64,000 nt of DNA from Alphaproteobacteria bacterium (GTDB lineage Bacteria > Pseudomonadota > Alphaproteobacteria > UBA828). The translations under genes were made by a program, and so were the position numbers. The notes under the pieces are model-generated. The model did not search any database and was not told the DNA's origin. It saw only the letters and a list, made by a program, of their open reading frames with translations. Below, in pieces: positions 27,870-38,728 of this stretch (position 1 is its first letter; the number at the start of each line of letters is the position of its first letter). The stretch is taken from assembly GCA_965237415.1 (NCBI GenBank), contig CBDEFM010000002.1, positions 1,760,001 through 1,824,000 of the forward strand, given 5' to 3'.

Positions 27870-30236
27870 TCAGACGCGGCGCCGGGCGCGGTCGACGCAG
27901 GCGAGCGCCGCCATATCGAGGATGGCGTCGGTATCGATCCGGTGCTTGGCGTAGAGCGCCGGGATATCGCCTGATTCGCCAAAGCCCGTGACGCCGAGCG
28001 GATAGGCGCGGTGGCCCGCGACCGTGCCGAGCCAGGAGAGTGCGGCCGGGTGGCCATCGAGCACGGTGACCAGCGCGGCGTCGGGCGGCAACCGGCTGAG
28101 CAGCGTCTCGGCATGGGCCGCCGGCACCGCCTCGCCGCGCGCGCGGGCCTCGGAGGCGGTGAGAAGATCGGCATAGAGGCGGTCGGCCGAGGTGACGGCG
28201 AGCAGGCCGATGCCGGGAATTTCCTCCGCGAGCGCCTCGTGGGCAGACTGCACCTCGGGCGCGATGGCGCCAGAAAAGACCAGCGCGATCTGCGCGTCGG
28301 GCGCAGGCTCCACGAGCCAATAGCCGCCGGCCAGAAGATCGTGCCTCAGTGCCGAGTCGATCTCGCGCGCGGGCTGGTCGATCGTGCGGGTGGAAAGGCG
28401 ACAATAGAGAGAGCCGCCGTCAGGTTCCTGCACGTGCCCGAAGCCCCACAGCATGATCTCGGCGAACTCGTCGGCGAAGGCAGGCTCGAAGGAGGTGAGC
28501 CCCGGCTGGCCCATGCCGAGAAGCGGCGTGCCGACCGACTGGTGCGCGCCGCCCTCGGGCGCGAGCGTAATGCCGGACGGCGTGCCGGCCAGCAGGAAGC
28601 GCGCGTCCTGGTAGCAGGCGTAGGTGAGCGCATCGAGGCCGCGGGCGATGAAGGGGTCGTAGACCGTACCCACCGGCAGGAGCCGGGTGCCGAAGAAGCC
28701 GTCGCTCAGCCCGAGCGCCGCGAGCAGCAGGAAGAGGTTGTTCTCCGCGATCCCGAGCTCGATGTGCTGGCCGTTCCGGCTCAGCGACCACTTCTGCATC
28801 GAGACCACCTTCTCGGAGCGGAAGACATCCTCCCGATCGGCGCGGTCGAAGATGCCGCGCTGGTTCACCCAGCCGCCGAGATTGGTGGAGACCGTGACAT
28901 CGGGCGAGGTGGTGACGATGCGCTCGGCGAGCGGACTCTCGCCCTTGCCGAGCTCGTTCAGGATGCGGCCGAAGGCCTCCTGCGTGGACATGCGGGGGCC
29001 CGGGCGGAAGGGCAGCGCGTCCGGCAGCGGCACGGCAGGCGCCGAAAGCTGGCCCGGCTTGCGGTTGAAGGGCGCCGCCGCGATGAACTCCTTCAACGTC
29101 TTCTCGTCGAGCCCGAGGCCGGCGAAGCGCGACCACTCGGCGCCTTCGTCCACGTCCATCGCGGTGCGGAAATCGGCCATCTGCTCTTCGGTCATGATGC
29201 CGGCATGGTTGTCCTTGTGGCCGGCGAAGGGCAGCCCGAAGCCCTTGATGGTGTACGCGATGAAGCAGTGGGGAACGTCGGAATCGACCTCGCGCAGCGC
29301 CTCCAGCACCGCCTCCATGTCGTGGCCCGCGAGATTGGTCATCAGGTCCTGCAGGCCGTCGTCGTCGTAGCCGGCCAGCAGCGTCTTCATGCCCGCGACG
29401 TGGCCGATGTCCTGGGTGAGCCGCTCGCGCCACGCAGTGCCGCCCTTGAAGGTGAGCGCGCAGTAGAGTTCGTTCGGGCAGTCGTCGATCCACTGGCGGA
29501 GCGCCTCGCCGCCGGGCTTCGCGAACGCGGCCTCCTGGCGGCGGCCATGTTTCAGGATCACCACCTTCCAGCCGACCGCCTGGAAGAAGTCCTTGATCTT
29601 CTGGAACAGCCTGTCCGAGACAACCCGATCGAGGCTCTGGCGGTTATAGTCGATGATCCACCAGAGGTTGCGTACATCGTGCTTCCAGCCCTCCAGCAGC
29701 GCCTCGAAGACGTTGCCCTCGTCGAGCTCCGCATCGCCCATGATCGCGATCATGCGGCCGGGGGGGCGCGTCTCCGGCGTGAGCTTGTGGAAGCGCACGT
29801 AGTCCTGGACCATGGAGGCGAAGAGCGTCATGCCCACCCCGAGCCCGACGGAGCCGGTCGAGATGTCCACGTCGTCGCTGTCCTTGGTGCGCGACGGATA
29901 GCTCTGCGCCCCGCCGAAGGCCCGAAAACCCTCCAGCTTGGCCTTCGTCTGGTTGCCGAAGAGGTACTGGATCGCGTGGAACACCGGGCTCGCGTGGGGC
30001 TTAACGGCGACCCGGTCGTTCGGCTCCAGCACGTCGAAGTAGAGCGCCGTCATCAGCGTCGCCACCGAGGCGCAGGAGGCCTGATGGCCGCCCACCTTGA
30101 GCCCGTCCCGCGCCGGGCGGAGATGGTTCGCGTTGTGGACCATCCACGAAGACAGCCACAGCACCTTGCGCTCGAGTGCGTTGAGGCAGGCGAGCGTCTC
30201 CGGCGCGACGGCCGGTTCGTTCACGAGCTGGCTCAT
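27870..30236 (-). CDS. AceE/transketolase-like thiamine-diphosphate 2-oxoacid dehydrogenase E1
   Basis: GGHQAS, STGSVGLG, GDAELDEG, NRQSLD, ELGIAE, EGGAHQ. Confidence 0.88.
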   Translation of the reverse strand: MSQLVNEPAVAPETLACLNALERKVLWLSSWMVHNANHLRPARDGLKVGGHQASCASVATLMTALYFDVLEPNDRVAVKPHASPVFHAIQYLFGNQTKAKLEGFRAFGGAQSYPSRTKDSDDVDISTGSVGLGVGMTLFASMVQDYVRFHKLTPETRPPGRMIAIMGDAELDEGNVFEALLEGWKHDVRNLWWIIDYNRQSLDRVVSDRLFQKIKDFFQAVGWKVVILKHGRRQEAAFAKPGGEALRQWIDDCPNELYCALTFKGGTAWRERLTQDIGHVAGMKTLLAGYDDDGLQDLMTNLAGHDMEAVLEALREVDSDVPHCFIAYTIKGFGLPFAGHKDNHAGIMTEEQMADFRTAMDVDEGAEWSRFAGLGLDEKTLKEFIAAAPFNRKPGQLSAPAVPLPDALPFRPGPRMSTQEAFGRILNELGKGESPLAERIVTTSPDVTVSTNLGGWVNQRGIFDRADREDVFRSEKVVSMQKWSLSRNGQHIELGIAENNLFLLLAALGLSDGFFGTRLLPVGTVYDPFIARGLDALTYACYQDARFLLAGTPSGITLAPEGGAHQSVGTPLLGMGQPGLTSFEPAFADEFAEIMLWGFGHVQEPDGGSLYCRLSTRTIDQPAREIDSALRHDLLAGGYWLVEPAPDAQIALVFSGAIAPEVQSAHEALAEEIPGIGLLAVTSADRLYADLLTASEARARGEAVPAAHAETLLSRLPPDAALVTVLDGHPAALSWLGTVAGHRAYPLGVTGFGESGDIPALYAKHRIDTDAILDMAALACVDRARRRV

Positions 30237-30304
30237 GCGGCCTCCCTTGCAACAAGTCTAGCGCAGACGCGCCGTTGCAGCCATCGCGGCGCCGAGGCCG
30301 CCAG

Positions 30305-30955
30305 ATGAGCCCGCCCGCGCGGGGCGACGACGCGGCGGCGCACGAGGCCGCCGCTATTACGCTCGCCGAATACGACCGCATGTCGGAGGCATACCGTCAC
30401 GGCACGGCCGACCACGACGTGAGCCAGAACATCGCGGCCCTGCTCGATGCCATCGAGGGCGCGCCGCCCCATGTCATCCTCGACCTCGGCTGCGGGCCGG
30501 GCCGCGACCTGCACGCCTTCACAGCCCTCGGGCACGAGGTCGTGGGGCTCGAGGGCGCGGCCGGGCTGGTGGCGCTCGCGCGTGCGGAGACTGACTGCCC
30601 GGTGCTCCACCAGGATTTCCTGGCCCTGGACCTGCCGCTCGCGCGCTTCGACGGGATCTTCGCCAACGCCTCGCTCTTCCACGTGCCGAGCAGTCAGATC
30701 GCGCGCGTGCTCGCCGAGCTCGCCGCTGCGCTGAAACCCAGGGGCGCGCTCTTCTGCTCGAACCCGCGCGGCGACAACCAGGAAGGTTGGGTCGGCGGGC
30801 GCTACGGCTGCTTCTACGACCTGGAGACCTGGCGCGCCTTCGCCACCGGCGCGGGCTTCACCGAGCTTCGCCACTACTACCGGCCGCCCGGCCGCCCGCG
30901 CCACGAGCAGCCCTGGCTCGCCACGGTCTGGCGCAAGTGCGACGAACGCCGGTAG
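30305..30955 (+). CDS. Class I SAM-dependent methyltransferase
   Basis: ILDLGCGPGRD, FDGIFANASLFH. Confidence 0.9.
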   Translation: MSPPARGDDAAAHEAAAITLAEYDRMSEAYRHGTADHDVSQNIAALLDAIEGAPPHVILDLGCGPGRDLHAFTALGHEVVGLEGAAGLVALARAETDCPVLHQDFLALDLPLARFDGIFANASLFHVPSSQIARVLAELAAALKPRGALFCSNPRGDNQEGWVGGRYGCFYDLETWRAFATGAGFTELRHYYRPPGRPRHEQPWLATVWRKCDERR

Positions 30956-31048
30956 CACAGGCCCGTGCGGGCAGCCGCTCCCCGGTGGCCCGAGGGTGTG
31001 GCGAGGCTCTACAATGGGGCTGAAGACTAAGGCGGCAGATGACGGACG

Positions 31049-32086
31049 ATGATCTTTCGCCAGCTCTACCACATGCCCTCGGGCACCTATACCTACCTGC
31101 TGGGCGGCCGCGCGGGCGGCGAGGCGCTCATCATCGACCCGGTGCAGGAGCAGGTGGAGCGCTACCTCACACTGCTCGACGAGCTGGGGCTTACCCTCGC
31201 CAAGGTCGTCGATACCCATGTCCATGCCGATCACATCAGCGGCATGGCGGAACTCCGCGACCGGACCAAGTGCGTCACCGTGATGGGCCGGGAGGCGCCG
31301 GTGGACGTGGTCTCGATGCGCGTCGGCGACGGCGATCCGGTCGAGATCGAGGGCGTCAGCCTGCGTGCGCTGCACACGCCGGGCCACACCGCCGAGTCGT
31401 ACAGCTTCGCGATGGAGGACCGCGTCTTCACCGGCGATACGCTGCTGATCCGGGGCACCGGCCGCACCGACTTCCAAAACGGCGACCCGCTCCAGCAGTA
31501 CGACTCGCTCTTCAACAGGCTTCTCACGCTGCCCGACGAGACGCTGGTCTACCCCGGCCACGACTACAAGGGCGACACGGTCAGCACCATCGGCGAAGAG
31601 AAGCGCTTCAACCCCCGCCTCCAGGTCTCCTCGCCCGCCGACTATGCGGCGCTGATGAACGGCCTCAACCTCGCCAACCCCAAGATGATGGACGTGGCCG
31701 TGCCGGCGAACCTGAGCGTGGGGCGCGGCCAGGCGGACGAGGCCCACCCCGAATGCGCGATGACCGCAGAGGAGGTCATGCACGACGAGCGGCCCGGCGA
31801 CATCCTCGTCGACCTGCGGGAGGAAGGGGAGCGCATGCGGGAGGGCGCGATCCCGAATTCCATCCACGCCCCCTACGGTCAGCTGACCGGCATGATCGGC
31901 CCGGGCGGGGCGTTGCGCGCGCTTGCTTCGCGCCCCGGGCAACGGCTCGTCTACTACTGCGCCTTCGGCGAGCGCTCGGCGATGGCGGTCGATGCCTCGC
32001 ACGAGCGCGGCCTCGGCAACGTCTGCCACATGATCGGCGGTATCGCCGCGTGGCGCGAGGCCGGCGGCACGATCGAAGAGTATTGA
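31049..32086 (+). CDS. Persulfide dioxygenase (ETHE1-like MBL fold)-rhodanese fusion
   Basis: THVHADH, TPGHT, GRTDFQ, YPGHDY; C-terminal YCAFGERS. Confidence 0.88.
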   Translation: MIFRQLYHMPSGTYTYLLGGRAGGEALIIDPVQEQVERYLTLLDELGLTLAKVVDTHVHADHISGMAELRDRTKCVTVMGREAPVDVVSMRVGDGDPVEIEGVSLRALHTPGHTAESYSFAMEDRVFTGDTLLIRGTGRTDFQNGDPLQQYDSLFNRLLTLPDETLVYPGHDYKGDTVSTIGEEKRFNPRLQVSSPADYAALMNGLNLANPKMMDVAVPANLSVGRGQADEAHPECAMTAEEVMHDERPGDILVDLREEGERMREGAIPNSIHAPYGQLTGMIGPGGALRALASRPGQRLVYYCAFGERSAMAVDASHERGLGNVCHMIGGIAAWREAGGTIEEY

Positions 32087-32158
32087 TCCCGCCCCCAGCC
32101 ACGGCCATGGCCGACGCTTGCTCCCGACCGTCACTCCGTGTTTCAGTCCGGCCGGACC

Positions 32159-32427
32159 AAGCCCGGAGTTCTCACCAATGTCACGGCCTGCGTCGCACCC
32201 AGACGTTCGATCCGCCAGGAGTGAGCCGAAAAGCGTAGCGGTGTCTACGGTTGAGGTCCACGACGCCGCGGGCGGGCGTCTGGGCGCGACCCGAAGGGCG
32301 GCGCTGTCCGGCCGACAGTGTGCGTCACGCCGCTTGCCCGATGTCCCGCATCGCGCTGCACGCCGTTCCTGCCCTGTCGGCCGGACAGCGCCGCGCAGAC
32401 CATGACATTGGTGAGAATTCCGGGCTA
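32159..32427. mobile_element. MITE (~265 bp) of the same TIR family
   Basis: 33-nt ends 29/33 identical: AAGCCCGGAGTTCTCACCAATGTCACGGCCTGC vs rc TAGCCCGGAATTCTCACCAATGTCATGGTCTGC; internal 18-bp IR 32301-32318/32374-32391. Confidence 0.85.
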
Positions 32428-32440
32428 AGGAGAGGGCGGT

Positions 32441-33553
32441 ATGAAGCTCGGCATGTTCATGATGCCGGTGAACGATCACCGGCGGGACACCCACACGGTG
32501 CTCAAGGAGGACGTGGAGATCGCGGTCGCCTGCGACCGCTTCGGCTTCGACGAGTTCTGGATCGGCGAGCACTACACGACCCTCAGCGAGCCGGTCACCT
32601 GCCCCTTCATGTTCCTCTCCAATCTGATCGCGCGGACGACACGCATGAAGCTCGGCACCGGCGTGGTCAACCTGCCCCAGCGCCACCCGGTTCAGACCGC
32701 CGCCCACGCGGCGCTGCTGGATCACCTCAGCGACGGGCGGCTGATCCTGGGCGTGAGCCCCGGCGGCCTGGTCAGCGACTTCGAGATGTTCGGCGTGACC
32801 GACCTCCAGGTCCGCCGCGAGATGGCCGGCGAAGCGATCGAGACCGTGCTCAAGCTCTGGTCTACCGATCCGCCCTACGACATCAGGGGCAAGTACTGGA
32901 CCCTCAGGCTCGAGGACTATCACTGGCCCGACCTCGGCGTCGGCGCCATGATCAAGCCCTATCAGAAGCCGCACCCGCCGCTGGTCGCGTCGGCCATGAG
33001 CCCGGATTCCGGCGGTGTAAGCAGCGCTGCCGCGCGCGGCTGGGGCGTGATCTCGGCCAACTTCGTGCCGGTCTCGACCATCAAGAACCACTGGCAGGGC
33101 TTCTCGGACGGCTGCACGCGGAGCGGCCGCGAGCCCCGGCCGGCGGACTGGCGCGTCGCCCGCTCGATTTTCGTCGCGGACGACGACGCCTGGGCCAAGG
33201 CCTACGTTCGCGATCCCGAAGGGCCGCTCGCCCACTACTACGGCTATCTGGTGACCCTCGTCAGGCGGGCCGCCTTCCACGCGATCATGAAGAGCGGGCC
33301 GGAGATGGCGGACGAGGACGTGACCCCGGCTTACGCCTGCGACGCCTTCTCCATCGCCGGCGATCCGGACTCGGTGGCGGAGCAAATTCTCGCGCTGCGC
33401 GAGGAGGTGGGGCCCTTCGGCACCGTCCTCATGACGGCGACCGACTGCCTGAACGAGACCCACAAGGCGCACCAGTTGAACTCCATGCGGCTCATGGCCG
33501 ATGAGGTCATGCCCAGGCTCAGGCGCGCGCTCGGCGACCGCGCGGCGGCCTGA
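32441..33553 (+). CDS. Luciferase-like (LLM) flavin-dependent monooxygenase
   Basis: MKLGMF, FWIGEHY, LDHLSDGRLILG, KPYQKPHPP. Confidence 0.92.
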   Translation: MKLGMFMMPVNDHRRDTHTVLKEDVEIAVACDRFGFDEFWIGEHYTTLSEPVTCPFMFLSNLIARTTRMKLGTGVVNLPQRHPVQTAAHAALLDHLSDGRLILGVSPGGLVSDFEMFGVTDLQVRREMAGEAIETVLKLWSTDPPYDIRGKYWTLRLEDYHWPDLGVGAMIKPYQKPHPPLVASAMSPDSGGVSSAAARGWGVISANFVPVSTIKNHWQGFSDGCTRSGREPRPADWRVARSIFVADDDAWAKAYVRDPEGPLAHYYGYLVTLVRRAAFHAIMKSGPEMADEDVTPAYACDAFSIAGDPDSVAEQILALREEVGPFGTVLMTATDCLNETHKAHQLNSMRLMADEVMPRLRRALGDRAAA

Positions 33554-33619
33554 CCGCGCCTGAGGATCGGAACGCGGGCACGACCGGCGGCGGCCGATCC
33601 GCTGACGCCAACGAAACCG

Positions 33620-34285
33620 ATGCGGACGCGGGTCAAGATCTGCTGCATCTCCAGCGTGGCGGAGGCCCGCACCGCCGTCGCCGCCGGGGCCGATGCCATC
33701 GGGCTGGTGTCGGCGATGCCGAGCGGGCCGGGGGTGATCGATGAAGACCTGATCGCAGAGATCGCCGCCGCGGCGCCACCGGCCATCGGCACCTTCCTGC
33801 TCACGTCGGGGGTGGAGCCCGCGTCGATCATCGCTCAGCAGCACCGCTGCGGCGTCAACGCCATCCAACTCTGCGACGCGCTCGATGCGAACGCCTATCC
33901 GGTGCTGAGGGAGGCGCTGCCCGGCATTGCGCTGATCCAGGCGATCCACGTGCGAGGCGAAGGCGCGGTGGCGGAGGCGGTTGGGCTGGCTCCCATGATC
34001 GACGGGCTGCTGCTCGATTCCGGAAACCCGACGGGCACGGTGAAGGAGCTGGGCGGCACCGGGCGCGTCCACAACTGGGCCCTGAGCCGGCGCATCGTGG
34101 TGGACGCCCCCTGCCCGGTGTTCCTCGCCGGCGGCCTCAACCCCGGCAACGTGGCCGACGCGATCCACCAAGTGCGCCCCTACGGCGTCGATCTCTGCAC
34201 CGGCGTGCGCACGGACGATGCGCTCGATCCCGCCAAGCTCGGCGCCTTCATGGGCGCGGTCGCCGGCGCGGACGCGCGGCTCTGA
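33620..34285 (+). CDS. trpF: Phosphoribosylanthranilate isomerase-like, stand-alone
   Basis: RVKICCI, LLLDSG, LGGTG, FLAGGLNPGNV, GVDLCTGVR. Confidence 0.85.
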   Translation: MRTRVKICCISSVAEARTAVAAGADAIGLVSAMPSGPGVIDEDLIAEIAAAAPPAIGTFLLTSGVEPASIIAQQHRCGVNAIQLCDALDANAYPVLREALPGIALIQAIHVRGEGAVAEAVGLAPMIDGLLLDSGNPTGTVKELGGTGRVHNWALSRRIVVDAPCPVFLAGGLNPGNVADAIHQVRPYGVDLCTGVRTDDALDPAKLGAFMGAVAGADARL

Positions 34286-34373
34286 CTCCCAAGATCGCGC
34301 GAGAGCGCGTATTGATAGATCAACATCCACATGAATGTCGGCCGCCCAAGCGGCCGCTAGAGGAAGAGACACC

Positions 34374-34904
<531 letters not shown>

Positions 34905-34986
34905 GGCTCGGAGACAGACATTCAAGAGCGCCTCGGCTAAGCTTGATGCAACCGGGTGGCGCACCCAAACCCAAGGGGGACTCTTC

Positions 34987-35970
34987 ATGAAACGATTCAT
35001 CGTCGCCGCGCTTGCGGCGATCGGGATTGCCGTGGCCGGCACGGCCCAGGCAGAGGACTTCATGCCGGCCGTCGTCTTCGACATGGGCGGCAAGTTCGAC
35101 AAATCGTTCAACGAGGCCGCGTTCAACGGCGCCGAGAAGTTCAAGGCGGACACCGGCATCCAGTACCGCGATTTCGAGGTCACCAACCCGTCCATGCGCG
35201 AGCAGGCGCTCCGCAACATGGCCAGGCGCGGCGCCCAGGTGGTGGTGGCGATGGGCTTTGCCCAGGCGGCGGCCGTCGAGACGGTGGCCCAGGAGTTCCC
35301 CGAGACCAAGTTCACCCTGATCGACATGGTGGTGGACCTGCCGAACGTGCAGTCCGTGGTCTTCAAGGAGCACGAGGGCTCGTTCCTGGTCGGCATGGCG
35401 GCCGCGCTGGCGTCCCAGACCGGCAAGGTCGGCTTCGTCGGCGGGATGGACATTCCGCTCATCCGCAAGTTCGCGCTCGGCTACGTGGAGGGCGCGAAGT
35501 ACGTCAATCCGGACATCGAGATCTTCCAGAACATGACCGGCACGACGCCCTCCGCCTGGAACGACCCGACCAAGGGCGGCGAGCTCGCCCGCAGCCAGTT
35601 CGACCGGGGCGCGGACGTGGTCTATGCCGCCGCCGGCGGCACCGGCATCGGCGTCTACCAGGCCGCGAAGGACGCCGGCAAGCTCGCCATCGGGGTGGAC
35701 AGCAACCAGAACTACATCCACCCCGGCACGATGCTGACCTCGATGATCAAGCGCGTGGACGTGGCGGTCTACGAGTCCTTCAAGGCCGCCCAGGAGGGTA
35801 CCTGGCAAGGCGGCATCCAGATCCTCGGCCTGGAGGAGGACGGGGTCGGCTGGGCCCTCGACGAGCACAACCGCAGCCTCATCTCGGCCGAGATAGAAGC
35901 CGCGGTCGAGCAGGCGCGCATGGACATCATCGCCGGCAACATCGCGGTGACCGACTACATGGCGCAGTAG
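34987..35970 (+). CDS. BMP-family (nucleoside/purine) ABC substrate-binding protein
   Basis: Signal peptide, GKFDKSFN, AIGVDSNQ, SMIKRVD. Confidence 0.93.
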   Translation: MKRFIVAALAAIGIAVAGTAQAEDFMPAVVFDMGGKFDKSFNEAAFNGAEKFKADTGIQYRDFEVTNPSMREQALRNMARRGAQVVVAMGFAQAAAVETVAQEFPETKFTLIDMVVDLPNVQSVVFKEHEGSFLVGMAAALASQTGKVGFVGGMDIPLIRKFALGYVEGAKYVNPDIEIFQNMTGTTPSAWNDPTKGGELARSQFDRGADVVYAAAGGTGIGVYQAAKDAGKLAIGVDSNQNYIHPGTMLTSMIKRVDVAVYESFKAAQEGTWQGGIQILGLEEDGVGWALDEHNRSLISAEIEAAVEQARMDIIAGNIAVTDYMAQ

Positions 35971-36012
35971 CGCGCGCCGCCGGCGCCCGCCGGCCACCGA
36001 GGCGTAAGCCCC

Positions 36013-37614
36013 GTGGCGGGGGAGGAACACCGGGGGGCCGCCGAAGAGCGTGGCCCCTCGGGCGGGCTCGGTGCGCCCGCGCTGGAGGTCGTCGGCGTCC
36101 AAAAGTGGTTCGGCTCGGTGCACGCCAACGACGATGTGTCGGTCGCCGTCGCCCCCGGCACGATCCACGGCATCGTCGGCGAGAACGGCGCCGGCAAGTC
36201 GACCCTGATGAGCATCGTCTACGGCTACTACCAGGCCGACGGCGGCGAGATCAGGGTGGGCGGCACGCCGGTCGCGATCAAGGGGCCGGAGGACGCCATC
36301 GGCCACGGCATCGGCATGGTCCACCAGCACTTCATGCTCGTGGATACCTTCACCGTGCTGGAAAACGTGGTGCTCGGCGTGGAGCAGGGTTACCTGCTGC
36401 GGTCCACCCTGAGGGAGGCCCGGCAGGAGCTCGAGCGGATTGAGCGCGAGTACGGGCTCGACGTCGACCCCGACGCCATCGTGGGCTCGCTGCCCGTCGG
36501 CCTGCAGCAGCGGGTGGAGATTCTGAAGGCACTCTACCGCGGCGCCGACATCCTGATCCTCGACGAGCCCACGGGCGTGCTCACGCCGCAGGAGGTCGAC
36601 GACCTCTTCCGCATCCTGCGGGCGCTCAGGGACCAGGGCCGGACCATCATCCTCATCACCCACAAGCTGCGCGAGATCATGGCGCTGACCGACCGCGTCA
36701 CCGTGATGCGCGCCGGCCGCGTGGTCGATCATGTGGCGACGGCCGAGACCGACCGCGCGCGGCTCGCCGCGATGATGGTGGGCCGCAGCGTATTGCTCCG
36801 CGTGAACAAGGAAGAGGCTGCGCCGGGCGAGGCCCTGCTGCAGGTGGAGAACCTCGCGGTGCGCGATCGCGGCGGCGTGCCTCGCGTCCACGACGTGAGC
36901 TTCACCGTCCACGCCGGCGAGATCGTCGGCATTGCCGGTGTCGCCGGCAACGGTCAATCGGAGCTGCTGGAGGCGCTTGCCGGCACGCTCGCCCGCGAGC
37001 GGGGCACCATCGCCATCGGGGGCGCGCCTGCGCCCGCCGGCGGCCGCGCCGAGGCGGCGCGCGCCATGCGCCGCCGCGGCCTCGGCCACGTGCCCGAGGA
37101 CCGCCAGCGCATGGGCCTTGTCACCGCCTTCGACGCCTCGGAGAGCGGCATCCTCGGCTACCACCGCGAGCAACGCTACAACCGCGGTGCGCTGATGAGC
37201 CGCGGCGCGGTGGTCGACGCCGTCGGGCGCACGATGGGGGACTTCGACGTGCGCCCGCCGCTCCCCCAGCTGCGCACGGCCAATTTCTCCGGCGGCAACC
37301 AACAGAAGATCGTGGTCGGCCGCGAGATGGGCCGCAGCCCGGACGTGCTGCTGGTCGGCCAGCCGACCCGCGGCGTCGATATCGGCGCCATCGAGTTCAT
37401 CCACCGCAAGCTCGTGGCGATGCGGGATGCGGGCAAGGCGATCCTGCTCGTTTCGGTCGAGCTCGACGAGATCATGTCGCTTTCCGACCGCATCCTGGTG
37501 ATGTTCGGCGGCAGGGTCGTCGGCGAGGTTACGCAGGCGGAGGCGGACGAGCGCACGCTCGGGCTGCTGATGGCCGGCGGGCGCCCGGAAGGCATGGAGG
37601 CCGCCGGGGCGTGA
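36013..37614 (+). CDS. Nucleoside/sugar ABC ATPase (two NBDs)
   Basis: GENGAGKST, ILDEPT, SGGNQQK, QPTRGVD. Confidence 0.93.
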   Translation: MAGEEHRGAAEERGPSGGLGAPALEVVGVQKWFGSVHANDDVSVAVAPGTIHGIVGENGAGKSTLMSIVYGYYQADGGEIRVGGTPVAIKGPEDAIGHGIGMVHQHFMLVDTFTVLENVVLGVEQGYLLRSTLREARQELERIEREYGLDVDPDAIVGSLPVGLQQRVEILKALYRGADILILDEPTGVLTPQEVDDLFRILRALRDQGRTIILITHKLREIMALTDRVTVMRAGRVVDHVATAETDRARLAAMMVGRSVLLRVNKEEAAPGEALLQVENLAVRDRGGVPRVHDVSFTVHAGEIVGIAGVAGNGQSELLEALAGTLARERGTIAIGGAPAPAGGRAEAARAMRRRGLGHVPEDRQRMGLVTAFDASESGILGYHREQRYNRGALMSRGAVVDAVGRTMGDFDVRPPLPQLRTANFSGGNQQKIVVGREMGRSPDVLLVGQPTRGVDIGAIEFIHRKLVAMRDAGKAILLVSVELDEIMSLSDRILVMFGGRVVGEVTQAEADERTLGLLMAGGRPEGMEAAGA

Positions 37615-38726
37615 AAGGCTTCGGCGGGCCGACCCAGGCGCCGGCCTGGGTCACCCACGGCCTGGTCCCGCTCATCAACCTCGGGCTCGCGCTCCTCATC
37701 GCCGGCATCATCATCGCGCTCATCGGCGAGAATCCGCTCGAGGCGCTGAGGCTCCTCGTCCTCGGCGCCGTGGGTTACCCGGAGGCGATCGGCTACACGC
37801 TCTACTACACCACCAACTTCGTCTTTACCGGGCTCGCCGTCGCCATCGCCTTCCACTGCGGCCTCTTCAACATCGGCGGCGAGGGCCAGGCCTATCTGGG
37901 CGGCCTCGGCGCGGGTCTGATCGGGCTCTATCTGGGCCATTGGCCGGCGCCCGTGGTCATTCCGCTTGCGATCGCCTGCGCCATGGCCTTCGGCGCCTTC
38001 TGGGCCTTCATCCCCGGCTGGCTGCAGGCGAAGCGCGGCAGCCACATTGTCATCACGACGATCATGTTCAACTTCCTGGCCGCGGCGCTGATGACCTATC
38101 TGCTGGTCGAGATCTTCATCAAACCGGGGCAGCAGGCCGCCGAGAGCCGCAAATTCGAGACAGGCGCCTGGCTCCCCTTCGTCCACGATATCTTCGCGGC
38201 CTACGGTGGGAATATCGGCCGCTCGTCTCTCAACCTGAGCATCGTCGTCGCCGCGGTCTGCCTCGTGCTCTTCTGGTTCTTCGTCTGGCGCACGCGCTGG
38301 GGCTACGAGATCCGTGCCGTCGGGCACAACGAGTCGGCGGCGGTCTACGGCGGTATTTCGCCGGCGCGCTCGATCATGCTGGCGATGGCGATTTCTGGCG
38401 GGCTCGCGGGTCTGGTGGGCGTGAACGAGATCATCGGCGTCCATCACCGGCTGCTGCTCGAGTTCACGGCGGGCTACGGCTTCGTCGGCATCGCGGTGGC
38501 GCTGATGGGCCGCAACCACCCGGTGGGTATCCTGCTCGCGGCGCTGCTCTTCGGCGTGCTCTATCAGGGCGGCTCCGAGGTCGCCTTCGACATGCCCAAC
38601 GTGACCCGCGACATGGTGGTCGTCCTTCAAGGCCTGGTGATCCTCTTCTCCGGCGCGCTGGAGCACATGTTTCGCGGCCGGATCGAGCGCCTCTTCACGC
38701 GCCGCGCGCAGGCGGTGGCGGCGTAG
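37611..38726 (+). CDS. Nucleoside ABC permease 1
   Basis: GLFNIGGEGQ, multiple TM helices. Confidence 0.92.
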   Translation: MKGFGGPTQAPAWVTHGLVPLINLGLALLIAGIIIALIGENPLEALRLLVLGAVGYPEAIGYTLYYTTNFVFTGLAVAIAFHCGLFNIGGEGQAYLGGLGAGLIGLYLGHWPAPVVIPLAIACAMAFGAFWAFIPGWLQAKRGSHIVITTIMFNFLAAALMTYLLVEIFIKPGQQAAESRKFETGAWLPFVHDIFAAYGGNIGRSSLNLSIVVAAVCLVLFWFFVWRTRWGYEIRAVGHNESAAVYGGISPARSIMLAMAISGGLAGLVGVNEIIGVHHRLLLEFTAGYGFVGIAVALMGRNHPVGILLAALLFGVLYQGGSEVAFDMPNVTRDMVVVLQGLVILFSGALEHMFRGRIERLFTRRAQAVAA

Positions 38727-38728
38727 CC

